From assembly GCA_023246725.1 (NCBI GenBank), contig JAHFHV010000001.1, forward strand, positions 13,618 to 77,617: 64,000 bases of DNA, given 5' to 3'. Of this stretch, positions 27,356 through 36,343 are shown piece by piece. The first letter of the stretch is position 1. Each line of letters opens with the position of its first letter. The notes under the pieces are model-generated. The model was not told where the DNA came from, ran no database searches, and saw nothing but the letters and a program-made list of their open reading frames with translations. The translations under genes were made by a program, and so were the position numbers. This DNA is from Candidatus Magasanikiibacteriota bacterium (GTDB taxonomy: Bacteria > Patescibacteriota > Patescibacteriia > Magasanikbacterales > GWA2-37-8).

Positions 27356-28618
27356 ATGCCTCAAAAATTAAAAAAACACTGGCCCCGCATCGCGCTCCTT
27401 TTGGCCGTGGTTGGGCCTGGACTCATTACCGCGGTGGCTGATAACGATGCCGGCGGCGTGGCTACCTACACGGTGGCCGCTTCTTTGTTTGGCATGGCCT
27501 CGCAGTATTTTATTATCCCCACCACCCTGCTTTTGGCGGTAACGCAAGAAATTGGCGCCCGCCTGGCGATTGTTACTGGCAAGGGGTTGGGCGGCCTTAT
27601 TCGCGAACGGTTTGGAGTGAAAATCGCGGCCCTGGTCTTTCTCCTCTATTTGATTGTGAACGAAGGCGTGGTCCTGCAAAATATCAGCGGGCTTAAAGCG
27701 GCCCTCCAATTATTTAACGCGCCGTGGCAATGGGGTCTTATTATCACGTGTATTATTCTCACTATCGCCATTATCAAACTCAATTTTCGCCGTCTCCAGC
27801 GGGTTTTTTTAATCATGATTTTGTTCTACCTCGCGTATGTGGTATCGGCCTTTCTCTCGCACCCAGACTGGAGCGAAGCCTTGCAGGAGAGTTTTATTTT
27901 TCCGCGTAAAATAAATATTTGGAATATTAATTATTGGTTCACGCTTATCGCCGTCCTTGGCACCACCATTACGGCTTGGGGGCAGTTTTTTGTGAGCAGT
28001 TTTATTGTCGATAAAGGAATTCACTCTAATCAGCTTGGCGGCGAGCGGGTAGAAATTTTTGGCGGCGCGGTGATTACCAATTTTATTTCCTGGATGATCG
28101 CGCTGTCGGTTACGTACACACTCTTTGCCCACAGCATTAAAGTTACCGACGGCTTTGCCGCGGCCTTGGCCATTAAGCCGTTCGTCGGCGAATTCGCCGG
28201 CACTCTATTCGCGGCGGGCCTGTTTGGCGCGTCGCTTTTGGGCCTCACGATTGTGCCTTTGGCCACGGCCTATGTGTTTACCGAATTGTTTGGCTATGAG
28301 CGCACCTTGAACGCTAGTTTTAAAAAAGGCCGTCCGTTTTATATTTTTTTCATTCTCCAATTATTGGTTGGCCTCTTCGCGGCGCTCATTCCGTCAGTGA
28401 ATTTGTTCCGCGTCACGCTCTACGCCGATTATTTAAACGGCGCCATGCTCCCGTTGATTTTTTATTTTTTAATCACGTTCTCGGAAGACAAAAGCATTAT
28501 GGGCGAAAAGCACGTAGTGAAGGGCTGGATGAGCTGGGTGTTACGTTTTTCCGCGGTGGTGATTATGGCCGCGGTGGCGGTAACATTTTTTGGGAAGCTT
28601 TTGGGATGGGGAGCGTAA
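27356..28618 (+). CDS. NRAMP/SLC11-family divalent cation transporter, divergent (DPGN and MPH motifs absent)
   Basis: GPGLITAVADNDAGGVATYT...EIGARLAIVTGKGL aligns to Nramp TM1-TM2; TM6 reads GLTIVPLATAY. Confidence 0.7.
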   Translation: MPQKLKKHWPRIALLLAVVGPGLITAVADNDAGGVATYTVAASLFGMASQYFIIPTTLLLAVTQEIGARLAIVTGKGLGGLIRERFGVKIAALVFLLYLIVNEGVVLQNISGLKAALQLFNAPWQWGLIITCIILTIAIIKLNFRRLQRVFLIMILFYLAYVVSAFLSHPDWSEALQESFIFPRKINIWNINYWFTLIAVLGTTITAWGQFFVSSFIVDKGIHSNQLGGERVEIFGGAVITNFISWMIALSVTYTLFAHSIKVTDGFAAALAIKPFVGEFAGTLFAAGLFGASLLGLTIVPLATAYVFTELFGYERTLNASFKKGRPFYIFFILQLLVGLFAALIPSVNLFRVTLYADYLNGAMLPLIFYFLITFSEDKSIMGEKHVVKGWMSWVLRFSAVVIMAAVAVTFFGKLLGWGA

Positions 28619-28666
28619 CGTGAAGTGTTGTGCTGTTTTAGTGTTGTGCTTTACCGTGGAGCGCTA

Positions 28667-28717
28667 TTGACAAAATATCCGAATTATAGTATAATTAGGA
28701 TAGTATAGTATCCTAAT
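28667..28717 (+). promoter_or_regulatory. Consensus promoter ttgaca-17-tataat plus perfect palindrome ttaggatagtatagtatcctaa (operator candidate)
   Basis: Read directly upstream of 28729 CDS. Confidence 0.55.
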
Positions 28718-28728
28718 TTAGCTTAAAT

Positions 28729-29853
28729 ATGCTAATTAAACGCATAATTCAGCCAAAAATTGAAGCTTCTCTATTTAAAGGCAAAGCCATTATTATTTAT
28801 GGCGCCCGCCAGGTAGGCAAAACCACCTTGGTTAAAGAAATTCAAAAGAAATTTGTGGCCGCGTCCCTTTACCTGAATTGTGATGAACCAGACATCCGCG
28901 CGGCCCTTACGAACACCACCTCCACCGAGCTCAAGGCGTATTTTGGGACTAAAAAAATAATTATTATTGATGAAGCCCAGCGCGTGGAAAACATCGGCCT
29001 GACGCTTAAACTGCTCGTGGATGCTTTTCCCGAATTGCAAATCATCGCGACCGGATCTTCGTCGTTTGAATTGTCCAACCGCATTGTGGAGCCTTTAACC
29101 GGGCGCGCCTTTGAATTTTTGTTATATCCTTTTTCCAGCGAAGAGCTTGGCGAACAGTACGCGCCCCTGGAAATCAAACGTCTGTTGGAACAGCGGCTTA
29201 TTTATGGGATGTACCCGGAAATTGTGGAACAAACGGAAAATATTGCCACGCGCTTAAAAAACATCGCCCGCAGTTACGCGTACAAAGATATTTTATTCTA
29301 CCAGCATATCCGCAACCCGGATATTTTAGAAAAATTACTGTCGGCCTTGGCTTTGCAAATTGGCCATGAGGTATCGTACAGCGAGCTGGCCAAGCTCCTT
29401 AGCATTAACCGCGTTACCGTGGAAAACTACGTGGCAATTTTAGAAAAAGCGTTTATTATTTTTCGCCTGCGCCCGTACAGCACGAATCCGCGCAAGGAAC
29501 TGGCCAAACTGCGAAAAATTTATTTTTACGACACCGGCATTCGCAATGCTCTCATTAATAACCTTAACCCGCTTAATTTGCGCAGCGATGCTGGCGCGCT
29601 GTGGAAGAATTTTTGGATTCTGGAACGCCTAAAAAATAACCATAATCATGGCCGTGACGCGCGCGCTTATTTTTGGCGTAATTATCAGAAGCAAGAAATT
29701 GATTATATTGAGGAAGCGAATGGGAAGCTGGCGGCCTTTGAATGCAAATGGTCGGTAACCAAACCAGCGCGAGCGCCCTCTGGCTGGCGCGCCCTCTACC
29801 CGGGTGCCTCGTTTACCGCGGTACACCCGGGTAACTTTTTAGAAATTAAATAG
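28729..29853 (+). CDS. AAA+ ATPase, DUF4143 type
   Basis: Walker A GARQVGKTTL, Walker B IIIDEAQ; paralog of 52389..53633. Confidence 0.7.
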   Translation: MLIKRIIQPKIEASLFKGKAIIIYGARQVGKTTLVKEIQKKFVAASLYLNCDEPDIRAALTNTTSTELKAYFGTKKIIIIDEAQRVENIGLTLKLLVDAFPELQIIATGSSSFELSNRIVEPLTGRAFEFLLYPFSSEELGEQYAPLEIKRLLEQRLIYGMYPEIVEQTENIATRLKNIARSYAYKDILFYQHIRNPDILEKLLSALALQIGHEVSYSELAKLLSINRVTVENYVAILEKAFIIFRLRPYSTNPRKELAKLRKIYFYDTGIRNALINNLNPLNLRSDAGALWKNFWILERLKNNHNHGRDARAYFWRNYQKQEIDYIEEANGKLAAFECKWSVTKPARAPSGWRALYPGASFTAVHPGNFLEIK

Positions 29854-29918
29854 GTAGTGTGCCCATTTGCCTTTTCGTAAGAATGAACTTACAAGACAAG
29901 AAACAGATTTTGTCTAGC

Positions 29919-29962
29919 TTGACAAAGGGTACACCTAGGTGTACACTACAGGTACACCTTAT
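29919..29962 (+). promoter_or_regulatory. Promoter ttgaca-17-tacact overlapping palindromic operator gtacacctaggtgtac + repeat aggtacacc
   Basis: Perfect 16-bp palindrome within spacer/-10; typical TA autoregulation layout. Confidence 0.55.
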
Positions 29963-29979
29963 TTTTTAATAGCAAACCT

Positions 29980-30249
29980 ATGAAACCTGTCTCTAAAGCC
30001 CTTAAAACCAAACTCATTGGCGTTAAGGATTTTCGCCAAAACCTGGCGCATTATTATGCGCAGGGAGTCAAAAACGGCTTAAGCTACATTGTTACCAATC
30101 GTGACCGGGCCATTTTTGAAGTCAAGCCGCTGTCTAAAAAAGAAGCCATGCTTAAAAAGTTGGCGGCGGATATCGCGCACGCCGAACAGCAGGTGCGCGA
30201 GGGCAAGGTGTATACCTTGGAACAGGTCAGACAGCGCCTAGGTATTTAA
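29980..30249 (+). CDS. Type II antitoxin (Phd/YefM-like, inferred)
   Basis: 89 aa, immediately upstream of RelE/ParE toxin; weak family resemblance. Confidence 0.5.
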   Translation: MKPVSKALKTKLIGVKDFRQNLAHYYAQGVKNGLSYIVTNRDRAIFEVKPLSKKEAMLKKLAADIAHAEQQVREGKVYTLEQVRQRLGI

Positions 30250-30259
30250 TGATGGATAT

Positions 30260-30529
30260 ATGGAGGTCTTCAGATTACATCTTACCCAAGACGCGGAAGA
30301 TGATTTGGCTAACCTTGACCAGACGATTGCCTCTCGAATAGCGGATAAACTCCAGTGGTTCGTCTCCCAAGAAAATCCACTGTATTTTTCTAGACGCCTT
30401 TCCGGCTTTTTGGGCAAGTATCGTTTTCGCGTAGGGGACTATCGTATTATCTTCAAAGTTGATTATCGAGGCACCATCACTATTCTCGTCATTCTCCGCA
30501 TCCGGCACCGCCGCGAGGTGTACGATTAA
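30260..30529 (+). CDS. Type II toxin, RelE/ParE family
   Basis: YRFRVGDYRIIFKVDYRGTITILVILRIRHRREVY matches RelE/ParE C-terminal signature. Confidence 0.75.
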   Translation: MEVFRLHLTQDAEDDLANLDQTIASRIADKLQWFVSQENPLYFSRRLSGFLGKYRFRVGDYRIIFKVDYRGTITILVILRIRHRREVYD

Positions 30530-30699
30530 AGAATGTTAAAAACAAAGTCGTTCTCTATCCAAAACGGGCGAGTTTTTACAAGCGGTGCTTACCGATGAAG
30601 AAATGAAGCAGGTTATTGGCGGAGAAGCGGACGAGGCAAGATTATTAAAAAGCGCTAAAGACGCGTGGCGTCCAGGGAGCAAAGAATAAATCCCGATTA

Positions 30700-31821
30700 T
30701 TATTGAATCAGGACCGGCTGTGACAGGCCGGTTTTAAATTCTTCGTAGCGGTTATCCACGTACTGCTTTAGATTGGTTTTAAAATTAGCCACGCTGAATT
30801 TTTCGGCCTGGGATTTTATGTTAGCGCTGTTCCAAGCGGTATGGTCAAAATGGAGCACAGCGTCTAACAGCGATTCCCAGGATTGCTTTTGAAAAAATAC
30901 GCCGGTTTCGCCCGGCACAACCGTTTCGGTGGCGCCGCCTTCGCCGTAGGCAATTACCGGCCGCCCGGCGGCCATGGTTTCTACCGGCGTAATCCCAAAA
31001 TCTTCTAGTTGGGGGTGGATAAAGGCTTTGGCGTGGCGCAACAGTTCACCCTTGGCTTCATCCGAAATCCGGCCGACAAATTCTATGTTGGGTTTGGCGT
31101 GTTTTTGCAGATGCTCTAGCTCTGGGCCAGTGCCAAAAATTTTTAAGGGGTACCGCAATCGATTGAAAGCCTGAACCACCATATCCAGCCGCTTGTAAGG
31201 GACAAGGCGCCCGCCGGCAACAAAATAATCTTCCACACTGGCGCTCGGAGAGAATAAATGCGTGTCAGTGGGCGGAAAAATAATATCGCTTTCGCGGCGG
31301 TAATATTTATTGATGCGGTATCGCACGGTGGCGGAATTGGCCACAAAATGGTCCACGCGGTCGGTGCTCATTTTGTCCCACAGGCGCAGACGCGAAATAA
31401 CACCAGGCAGAAGCGCTTTGACAGCGGGATTATAGGGCAAATCGGCCACGTAGGTATGCGTGTCGCTCCACAAGTAGCGCGCCGGGGTGTGGCAATAGGA
31501 AATATGGAGCGTGTTCGGACTGGTTAAGACGCCTTTGGCAAAGCCGCTGGTGGAAGAAACTACGACATCAAAGTCCGATAGATTAAAGCGTTCGGTGGCG
31601 GTGGGCATCAGTGGCAGATACCATTGAAAATGAGATTTGATAAAGGGCATTTTACTAAGCCATGATTCACGAATATTTTCGGCCGGGAAATCTTTAATTT
31701 TAGTTTTGTCGTGGAACAACAAAAAAATTGGCGCTTCTGGCCACAGTTCGCTCATGGCTTTTAAAACGCGTTCGGCGCCGCCGTCTTGGGCCAGGTAATC
31801 GTGAACTAAGGCTAACCGCAT
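30700..31821 (-). CDS. Glycosyltransferase family 4 (GT-B, group 1)
   Basis: EFGITPVETMAAGRPVIA motif. Confidence 0.75.
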   Translation of the reverse strand: MRLALVHDYLAQDGGAERVLKAMSELWPEAPIFLLFHDKTKIKDFPAENIRESWLSKMPFIKSHFQWYLPLMPTATERFNLSDFDVVVSSTSGFAKGVLTSPNTLHISYCHTPARYLWSDTHTYVADLPYNPAVKALLPGVISRLRLWDKMSTDRVDHFVANSATVRYRINKYYRRESDIIFPPTDTHLFSPSASVEDYFVAGGRLVPYKRLDMVVQAFNRLRYPLKIFGTGPELEHLQKHAKPNIEFVGRISDEAKGELLRHAKAFIHPQLEDFGITPVETMAAGRPVIAYGEGGATETVVPGETGVFFQKQSWESLLDAVLHFDHTAWNSANIKSQAEKFSVANFKTNLKQYVDNRYEEFKTGLSQPVLIQ

Positions 31822-31888
31822 ATGTATAATCCTAATTTACGAATTTTGATCCGAATCTACAAAAATCCGAATACTACCAATGACAACC
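31822..31888. repeat. Left half of duplicated intergenic sequence (family 6), matches 33781-33840
   Basis: tataatcctaat(t/c)(t/c)acgaattt...ccgaat. Confidence 0.55.
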
Positions 31889-32275
31889 TTACTCTTTTCC
31901 GGCGCCATTTAGTACACGTCTTGGGTGCAGTCGGTCTTCTCGAAAATTTACCAATATACCCAGCGCTAAATTAAGCGTGGCCAAGTATCGCCTCGTTTGG
32001 TCATAATCGTCCTTAAGCAGATATTTGGGGTATTTAATCTCTAAAATAATTTTGTTGTCAATCAAGAAATCAACTCGATGCCTGCCCGGTTTTTCTCCTT
32101 CGTGTTCACTTAGTAAATTATTTTCTCGTAAGTATTTGAGATCTCTCTCTTTCAATTTTAGTTCAATCAAATCGCAGATTTGTTTTTCACTGGAGAATTT
32201 TCCTAATTCGTTATGAACTTCAAATAAAATTCCGTTAATGATGAACGATAATTCTTTGTGAATTATGTGGGTCAT
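31889..32275 (-). CDS. GxxExxY family protein (PD-(D/E)XK-like)
   Basis: GILFEVHNELG...VDFLIDNKIILEIK...NFRED pattern typical of GxxExxY proteins. Confidence 0.6.
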   Translation of the reverse strand: MTHIIHKELSFIINGILFEVHNELGKFSSEKQICDLIELKLKERDLKYLRENNLLSEHEGEKPGRHRVDFLIDNKIILEIKYPKYLLKDDYDQTRRYLATLNLALGILVNFREDRLHPRRVLNGAGKE

Positions 32276-32342
32276 ATTTCGTTACATTCGTTATTATTCG
32301 GAAATTTGTGGATTCGGCTAAGATTTGTTGATTCGGATTACA
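32276..32342. repeat. Right half of duplicated intergenic sequence (family 6), matches 33845-33910
   Basis: ttcggctaagatttgttgattcggattacatt identical in both. Confidence 0.6.
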
Positions 32343-33770
32343 TTAAACAATGCTTCCCGTTTTTTTAACCACCACAAACGGCGTCTTAACTAGAATTATG
32401 AAGTCAAGATACAAATTCCAATTTTCTATGTAAAACGCGTCCAGTTTTATTTCTTCGGCAAAGGTTAAATGGCTACGGCCGGAAATTTGGGTCAGGCCGG
32501 TAAGGCCGGGTTTAATGGCAAACACAATGCGGTGCTCATTCTCATAGCCAGCCACTTCCCGGGGCTGGTGGGGGCGCGGGCCCACTAAACTCATGTCGCC
32601 TTTTATAACATTCCAAAATTGCGGCAGTTCATCCAAGCTCCAGCGGCGCAGGAAGCGGCCGACCGGCGTGAGGCGCGGATCATTTTTAATTTTGTAAATC
32701 GGGCCGGCCTTGCTGCTGCTGGTTTTAATTAGTTCGGCTTCGGTTTTTAAGGCGGTTTGCCCGTGGCGGCCAAATTGCGGACCGGTGCAGTACTTTTGAT
32801 ACATGGTGCGGAATTTAAGCGTAAAAAATTTCTCATTCAACTGGCCAACGCGTTCGTTTTTATAAATCACCGGGCGGCCGCTTTCTATTAAAATAATCAA
32901 CGTAATAAACAGGTTTAGAGGAATGAAAATAATAAACAGGAGCGTTCCAAAAAACATATCAAACAGGCGTTTTATTATCCGCCCCCAGCCGGTAAGACGC
33001 GTACGGCGCAGTTCAATAATGGGGATGCCGGCAATGGTGGAGACCGTCATGTTGGCGGTAATGGTGGCAAATAAATCGGCCGAATATTTAAAGGTAATGT
33101 GGTTTAGGTTGGCAAATTCAATGGCGGCCAGGGCTTCGGCTTCACTGCCTTTGGGGTCGGTAAAAATAATTTCATCGGGTTTGGTTTTGCGAATAGCCCC
33201 GGCGGATGCGTGGTTAAAATGGTTGAACGTTCCCACGATGTTATAGCCCAGACGTGGTTGACCTAAAAATGCTTCACGGATAGTTTTCGCAATCTTCTCG
33301 TTTCCGATAATCACGGTGCGGCGGAGACCGACGCCAACGCGGTAGAGCAAGGCCTTGCACCCGCGCAGGAGGAGCCGCCCCAGGCTCACCAAGGCAATTG
33401 ACAGCGCCCCACCCACCAAAACCAAAAAGCGCGAATCAAATTTGCTTAGGGTAAAAAAAACATAAATGGTAATGGCCGCAAACCCGGTGGAACAGGCCAT
33501 GACCACGCGAGTTAAATCCCGCGCCAGTTTGCGGTTAGGGTCAGTGTTATAAAGACCGGAGAGGGCAAAAATAATCAGCCAGCCAAAAGCGACCAAGGCG
33601 ACAATGGGCCAGTAGCGCTCCCAGCTTAATTTAGCGGCAAAAGAGACCGGGCGAATGGCAATTATCCACGGCGAAAAACGCAGGGCGTAGGCGGATGCTC
33701 CGGCCAAGAGGAGCATGAGGTAGTCTACCGGCAGTTGGAGAAAGGTGAAGATAAGTTCAAAGCGTTTCAT
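32343..33770 (-). CDS. Polyprenyl-phosphate hexose-1-phosphate transferase (bacterial sugar transferase, EPS/O-antigen priming enzyme)
   Basis: N-terminal TM helices, C-terminal PVIYKNERVGQ...FTLKFRTM...SLVGPRP. Confidence 0.85.
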   Translation of the reverse strand: MKRFELIFTFLQLPVDYLMLLLAGASAYALRFSPWIIAIRPVSFAAKLSWERYWPIVALVAFGWLIIFALSGLYNTDPNRKLARDLTRVVMACSTGFAAITIYVFFTLSKFDSRFLVLVGGALSIALVSLGRLLLRGCKALLYRVGVGLRRTVIIGNEKIAKTIREAFLGQPRLGYNIVGTFNHFNHASAGAIRKTKPDEIIFTDPKGSEAEALAAIEFANLNHITFKYSADLFATITANMTVSTIAGIPIIELRRTRLTGWGRIIKRLFDMFFGTLLFIIFIPLNLFITLIILIESGRPVIYKNERVGQLNEKFFTLKFRTMYQKYCTGPQFGRHGQTALKTEAELIKTSSSKAGPIYKIKNDPRLTPVGRFLRRWSLDELPQFWNVIKGDMSLVGPRPHQPREVAGYENEHRIVFAIKPGLTGLTQISGRSHLTFAEEIKLDAFYIENWNLYLDFIILVKTPFVVVKKTGSIV

Positions 33771-33774
33771 AGTG

Positions 33775-33910
33775 TACGTATAATCCTAATCCACGAATTT
33801 CAATTCGAATCTATCAATTTCCGAATCCTACGAATATTCTTGGTCGTTAAATTCGTTATTATTAGGATATTTGTAGATTCGGCTAAGATTTGTTGATTCG
33901 GATTACATTC
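33775..33910. repeat. Intact copy of family-6 intergenic sequence
   Basis: Contains both halves that flank the GxxExxY gene. Confidence 0.55.
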
Positions 33911-34098
33911 ATTCTACCTGGTTTTATAACTCTTGACAACCAGGCTAAAATATGTTAAGTTAGTATGCTCTTGTGTAGAGCGTTCTTTATTTTTAGCCTT
34001 TCTTTAGTTTTTTAAACTAAAAAATCTGAGAAGGGTTGAAATAATTTCGGATAACAACGCCACGGATCCGGCGCGATGCCGGGGAGGAAATAGAGACG

Positions 34099-34698
34099 AT
34101 GGACATGACCAAGGAAGAGAGCGCGGCCCTCGCGCTCAAGCTTGCCTTGGAAGGGGCCATTGCGGCCAAGGGCGGCGACCCCGGTGTCGTCATGCGACTC
34201 CTCAAGAATGAGTCCTGGCTCGAGCTGGTCGCCGCGCAGCTCATGGAGCTGGCGATCGCCGAGGGTAGCATCTTTACTCTCCTGCTCGACCGGCGTCCCG
34301 GCGTTATCGCGCGGCTGATCGAGGAGGCCGGCTACGAGGGGTACAAGAATCCGGAGATCACCGACGCGAAATACCAGGTCGCGTCCGGGGGGCTGGTCCC
34401 GGTGCGGTTCCGCACCGTCCCGGGCAAGCAGCTCAAGAGCCCCGACGAGTGGGTCTGGCGGAACAACGCCGAGGCCGCCTTCCACAAGATGGGTCTCCAA
34501 TTCCCGGATCCCGCCGAGGCCCTCCTCGTCCCCGCCAAGAACCGGCAGACCGGCCGCGGCAGGCCCTACGTCGCCTTCATCCAGGGCGCCAGCTGCGCGT
34601 TCTACGTAAGCGAGAGAGACCGGAGGCGCAGCCTCGACCTAAGCGGCGGCAACTGGTACCCGGAATACGAGTTCGTCGGCGTCGAGAAGCAGAAGTAG
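34099..34698 (+). CDS. Hypothetical protein in high-GC island B
   Basis: ggggagg SD; about 67% GC; no family recognised. Confidence 0.4.
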   Translation: MDMTKEESAALALKLALEGAIAAKGGDPGVVMRLLKNESWLELVAAQLMELAIAEGSIFTLLLDRRPGVIARLIEEAGYEGYKNPEITDAKYQVASGGLVPVRFRTVPGKQLKSPDEWVWRNNAEAAFHKMGLQFPDPAEALLVPAKNRQTGRGRPYVAFIQGASCAFYVSERDRRRSLDLSGGNWYPEYEFVGVEKQK

Positions 34699-34751
34699 TG
34701 TTCGTGTCTCCTCCCACCCCCCGGAATCGGCCGCGGGGTGGAGAGGCTAAT

Positions 34752-34820
34752 GAGAACCACCCTCTCAACGCATCGTGATTACGAAAATTTCGTAATTATG
34801 GTGCGAGGGTGGTTTTCTTG
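34752..34820 (+). terminator. Second copy of long-loop hairpin + T-run element (aaccaccctc...gagggtggtttt)
   Basis: Perfect 10-bp stem; shares acgcatc and atggtgcgagggtggtttt with 7558-7625. Confidence 0.55.
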
Positions 34821-34846
34821 ATTTAATATTGTTAGAATGGTATAGT
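34818..34846 (+). promoter_or_regulatory. Promoter ttgatt-17-tatagt
   Basis: Read directly. Confidence 0.4.
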
Positions 34847-34853
34847 TTGGCGT

Positions 34854-35153
34854 ATGCAAATAAAAATTTTAAAAATCAATTTACCCGACCCGGAGCGCTC
34901 CATTAAACGTTGTGGGTATGCCGCGCATGTGGACAGGAGAACGCACGAGACCAGTTACGTGCGGCGGCTGGACCGAGATTTATTTCCCCGGTTTCATTTG
35001 TATGTGGAGGAAAAAGGTGAGAATTATTCGCTGAATTTGCATTTAGACCAGCGGGCGCCAATTTACGCTGGCGTTACAGCACATTCGGGGGAATATGATG
35101 GGGTGGTGGTGGAGCGGGAGATGGAACGAATAAGAAAATTGTTGAATTGCTGA
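34854..35153 (+). CDS. Hypothetical protein
   Basis: 99-aa ORF with promoter. Confidence 0.35.
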   Translation: MQIKILKINLPDPERSIKRCGYAAHVDRRTHETSYVRRLDRDLFPRFHLYVEEKGENYSLNLHLDQRAPIYAGVTAHSGEYDGVVVEREMERIRKLLNC

Positions 35154-35224
35154 ATTGTTATATTGTTAGTGATTATTGTCCAACAATTTAGCAATGTAAC
35201 AATTTAACAATCAAGTTTACAATT

Positions 35225-35833
35225 ATGTTCACCGGCATCATCCAAAAAGTCGTAAAAATTAAAAAGTCAGAGCGTCGTGAAGATACGCTTGTTTTAACAA
35301 TCGCGACTCCTCGAGGCTGGAAGTTAAAGCTGGGGGATTCGATTGCGACCGACGGGGTGTGTTTGACGGTTACAAAAATTGGACGAGGATGGTATCAAAC
35401 TGAATTGATGGAGGAGACGCTGGAGCGCACGACGTTTGGACACCATGTCCCTGACAAAGTTAATTTGGAGCGTTCGCTTCGGCCAATTGATTTTCTTGAC
35501 GGGCATATGGTACAGGGGCATGTAGATTGTGTGGGAGAGATTGTGAAGGTTAAAGGTGAAAGGTTGAAAGTTAAAAGTACGACAGAGAGACGTTCTTTGC
35601 TGTATGCCATTCGTTTTCCAAAAAAATATAGTAAGTTGATTGTTGAAAAATGCTCAATTGCGATGGATGGGATAAGTATGACGGTGGTAGATGCTCGGCG
35701 CGATTGGTTTTCCGTGGCGCTCATTCCCTTTACACTTACTCACACGACGATTGGTGCGAAGGAGGTTGGCGATTTGGTTAATTTGGAGTTTGATGTGATT
35801 GCAAAATATGTAAAACGATTATTGGTTGATTAG
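35225..35833 (+). CDS. ribE: Riboflavin synthase alpha chain
   Basis: MFTGIIQ..., two lumazine-binding repeats (GDSIATDGVCLTV / SIAMDGISMTV). Confidence 0.88.
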   Translation: MFTGIIQKVVKIKKSERREDTLVLTIATPRGWKLKLGDSIATDGVCLTVTKIGRGWYQTELMEETLERTTFGHHVPDKVNLERSLRPIDFLDGHMVQGHVDCVGEIVKVKGERLKVKSTTERRSLLYAIRFPKKYSKLIVEKCSIAMDGISMTVVDARRDWFSVALIPFTLTHTTIGAKEVGDLVNLEFDVIAKYVKRLLVD

Positions 35834-35899
35834 TTTAATGGTTTATTGGTGACCAATCGATTAATTAACGAATAATCTAAGAAACTAATCAATTTTATT

Positions 35900-36304
35900 A
35901 TGTCTAAAAATATTGCCATTATCATGGGAGCGTTTCATAAATCAGAAGTAACTGAAATGTTGGCGGAGGCTCGTAAAGTTGCTGCTGAATGTGGTTTGAA
36001 TATTGTGGAAGAAATTTGGGTGCCTGGTTCATACGAGAAACCGTTGGCATTGAAACGAGTTTTGTCGCGCGAAGATATTCTTGGCGCGGTGGTGCTTGGT
36101 ATCATTGAACGCGGCGAGACTAAACATGGGTTGGTAATGGCCGAGGTGGTGATGTCAGCGATTGTGGATTTGGAATTGGCATATATGAAGCCGGTGGGCA
36201 TTGGCATTTTGGGTCCAGAAGTTCTCCCCGATCAAATTCCTTCTCGTCTTATTCCCTTTGCGCGCGCCGCGGTTAGGGCCGCTGCCCACATGATGGGGGT
36301 TTAA
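35900..36304 (+). CDS. ribH: 6,7-dimethyl-8-ribityllumazine synthase
   Basis: Lumazine synthase fold; 134 aa. Confidence 0.8.
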   Translation: MSKNIAIIMGAFHKSEVTEMLAEARKVAAECGLNIVEEIWVPGSYEKPLALKRVLSREDILGAVVLGIIERGETKHGLVMAEVVMSAIVDLELAYMKPVGIGILGPEVLPDQIPSRLIPFARAAVRAAAHMMGV

Positions 36305-36308
36305 TTTC

Positions 36309-36337
36309 TTGACAGTCGATCCAATTTGTGGTATACA
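36309..36337 (+). promoter_or_regulatory. Consensus promoter ttgaca-17-tataca for rnpB
   Basis: Read directly. Confidence 0.55.
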
Positions 36338-36343
36338 ACAAGT

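Noticed and set aside
35154-35224. FMN riboswitch upstream of ribE
   Set aside because: Only about 70 nt of AT-rich sequence; none of the conserved FMN-element helices or motifs are visible.
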